Source: the human T2T-CHM13v2.0 reference genome, Homo sapiens | Direction: 5' to 3' (one strand) | Assembly: GCF_009914755.1 (NCBI RefSeq) | Contig: NC_060934.1 | Length of the DNA: 64,000 nucleotides | In this document: positions 61,955-64,000 of the stretch, piece by piece | How positions within the stretch are numbered: the stretch's first letter is position 1 | How the letters are laid out: the number at the start of each line of letters is the position of its first letter | Position numbers and translations under genes: made by a program | Notes under the pieces: generated by a model | Databases searched by the model: none | What the model saw: only the letters and a program-made list of their open reading frames with translations | Told to the model about the DNA's origin: nothing

Positions 61955-62100
61955 AGAAAATCTGTGGTTAAGAACTTTTTTATTACAGGACTTAACAGAG
62001 CCCTTAATACATAAATGTGTTTTGTGTATCTCCAAAAGGGGATGAAATTTGCTAATGTTTTGACCAAGAAATTCTCTTTTCAAGAAGCAGATCTTAGGAC
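61955..62100. mobile_element. Probable ancient hAT-Charlie-type DNA transposon fragment (similar relic at about 58560-58880)
   Basis: caggacttaacagagcccttaatac...tgtgtatctccaaaaggggat...tttgaccaagaa; family not securely identified. Confidence 0.35.
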
Positions 62101-62309
62101 TGGTGATTCCAATATTAAACATTAAATTATAGAATAACATTTCCCAAAAGTGTTTTCTGTGATTCTGGCTTCAAGATAAAGATTATTATACAAAAAGAAG
62201 GATAAGAAGGTAGCTTGGCAAAGCAGTCAGGTCATAGACTGGTGATGAGAGTTGCTAATGACATTTGGGCAAGAGGAAGAGCTCGATGGTGTGTGCCAGT
62301 TGATCTCAG

Positions 62310-62510
62310 AGACATCTTACATGAATTACCTGATTGTAATCCCCACAACTCCATGAAATAATCACAGTTGTTACCCACATTTTACAAATGGGAAAGTCAA
62401 GGCACAAAGATGATATGTTTCTTGTCCAGGGTCACTCAGCAAATAAGTGATGGAATCAGAAATAAACTCAGGCCACCTGACTGCAGAGCTTTTGCTCTTA
62501 CTATACTACA
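62310..62510 (-). mobile_element. MIR SINE
   Basis: taatccccacaac...cacattttacaaatgggaaagtcaaggcaca...cttgtccagggtcactcagcaaataagtg. Confidence 0.8.
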
Positions 62511-62789
62511 GTGACTTGAAAAAATATCAAGGAAAATGTGAATAGACCATGGAAGTCATTTCAGGGAAGTGGAATGGCAGTGCCCACAAAGTGGTTTTGC
62601 AACATGTTTACCATAGAGATTCTCCAATGTTAAGACTTTTATGCCACTTTATGTGACAATCTTGTCCCTGACTCTTTCTAATGACACCAGCTTCTCTCAT
62701 TTGCATTACACACTGAAACATGCCATAAATCACACACTGGAGGGCTCTTTGAATCATGGGGCCATATCAGATGGCTCTTCCATGACCTT

Positions 62790-63784
62790 GGAAATGTATA
62801 TATTAGGAAAGAAGAAAGATCAAACCAATAGCCAAAGCTTCCACCTTAGCAAGCTATAAAAAGTAAAGTAAATTAAATCCAAAAAAGCAGAATAAATGAA
62901 ATAATAAAAATTAGAGCAGAAATCAGTGAAATTAAAAACAGAAAATCAGTAGGGAAAATCAACAAAATCAAATGCTGGTTCTCTGAAAAATAGCCACATT
63001 TTACAAATGGGAAAATCAAGGCACAAATATATATTTAATGAAATATAATTAATAATCCTCTATCTAGGTCTACTAAGAAAGAAACAATAAAAAAGAGAAG
63101 ACCCAAATTACTAATATTTCATTTCAAAAATAAAAGAGGGGCTAGCAGTACTGAGCCCATGGACATTAAAAGAATAACAAAAGAATATTATTAACAACCC
63201 AATGCCCATGCATTTTATAACTTAGATGAATGGACCAATTCCTTGAATAACACAAATCTATCAACACTCACACAAGGAGAAATAGATAACCCAAATAGGT
63301 CTATACCTATTTAAAAATTGAATCAATAATGAATGATCTTCTAAAACAGAAAGCACCTGGCCCATATGGTTTTACTGATGAATTATATCAAACATTTAAA
63401 AAAGAAATTATGCCAATTATTTACAATCTTGTTCAGAAATTAAAAGTAGAGGAAACACTTCCTATCACACTGTATGCAGCTAGCATTACTCTAATACCAA
63501 AACCCGACACAGACATTATAAGAAAAGAAAACTACAACTCAATATCCCTCATTAATACAGATGTAAAAATATTCAAGAGGATATTGCATACTGAATCCAA
63601 CAATGTATAAAAAGAATGATACACCATGCAAGTGAGATTTATCCCAAACATTCAAGGATGTTTCAACATTTAGAAACCAAGTAATGAAATATGCTATATT
63701 AGCAGGCTAAAGAAGAAAACTTATTATATGTGAGCATATCAATGGATCCAGAAAATGCATTTGACAAAATCTAATTCATGATAG
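62790..63784 (+). mobile_element. Old L1M ORF2 segment
   Basis: ORF 63329-63610 (KAPGPYGFTDELYQTFKKEI...SITLIPKPDTDIIRKENY) is L1 ORF2. Confidence 0.85.
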
Positions 63785-64000
63785 TTCAAAATGTTTTAAA
63801 ATTTATCTTGAGGTATCTTCTCTGACTCATGTTATTTAGAAATGTGTCATTTAATCTGCAAATATTTGGGGATTTTCCAGCTATCTTTTTGTTGTTGATG
63901 TCTGGTTAAATTCCATTGTGGTCTGGAAAGAGATATTGTATAATTTATATTCTTTTCAATTTGTTAAGGAATGTCTTATGTCCCAAAGTATTGTTTATCT
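63785..64000 (-). mobile_element. Old L1M ORF2 (endonuclease end) on the opposite strand, running off the window
   Basis: Reverse strand ...tccagaccacaatggaatt...atttctaaataac...aaacattttgaact. Confidence 0.8.

Overview
This is primate, very probably human, non-coding euchromatic DNA, either intergenic or deep intronic. The evidence is AluJ/S/Y, L1PA2, an L1PA5-like element, MER11, LTR9 and MADE1. I cannot support any protein-coding gene, functional RNA gene, CpG island or CRISPR array. Every long ORF is an L1 remnant, an Alu or microsatellite artefact, or looks random. A large part of the window is interspersed repeat: many MIR/L2 relics, a ~14 kb nested L1 block (21.2-35.3 kb), solo LTRs (several with intact TSDs) and a rearranged L1 cluster at 59.4-64 kb. 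I found no new biological system. The best observations are mechanistic: (1) an L1PA2 with a short 3' transduction ending 15 nt after an AATAAA; (2) an internally rearranged MADE1 hairpin (miR-548-like) inside an STR inside an MLT2 LTR; (3) a twin-primed 5'-inverted L1 carrying a MER11 LTR, whose TSD copies appear to record opposite-strand CpG decay; (4) a 34-bp templated copy of nearby MIR sequence inside an inverted L1 segment; (5) a trimeric AluJ; (6) a 77-bp VNTR; (7) several motif-dense unique segments that are candidate enhancers. Subfamily names come from recalled consensus sequences, not a database search. Boundaries of old repeats are approximate.
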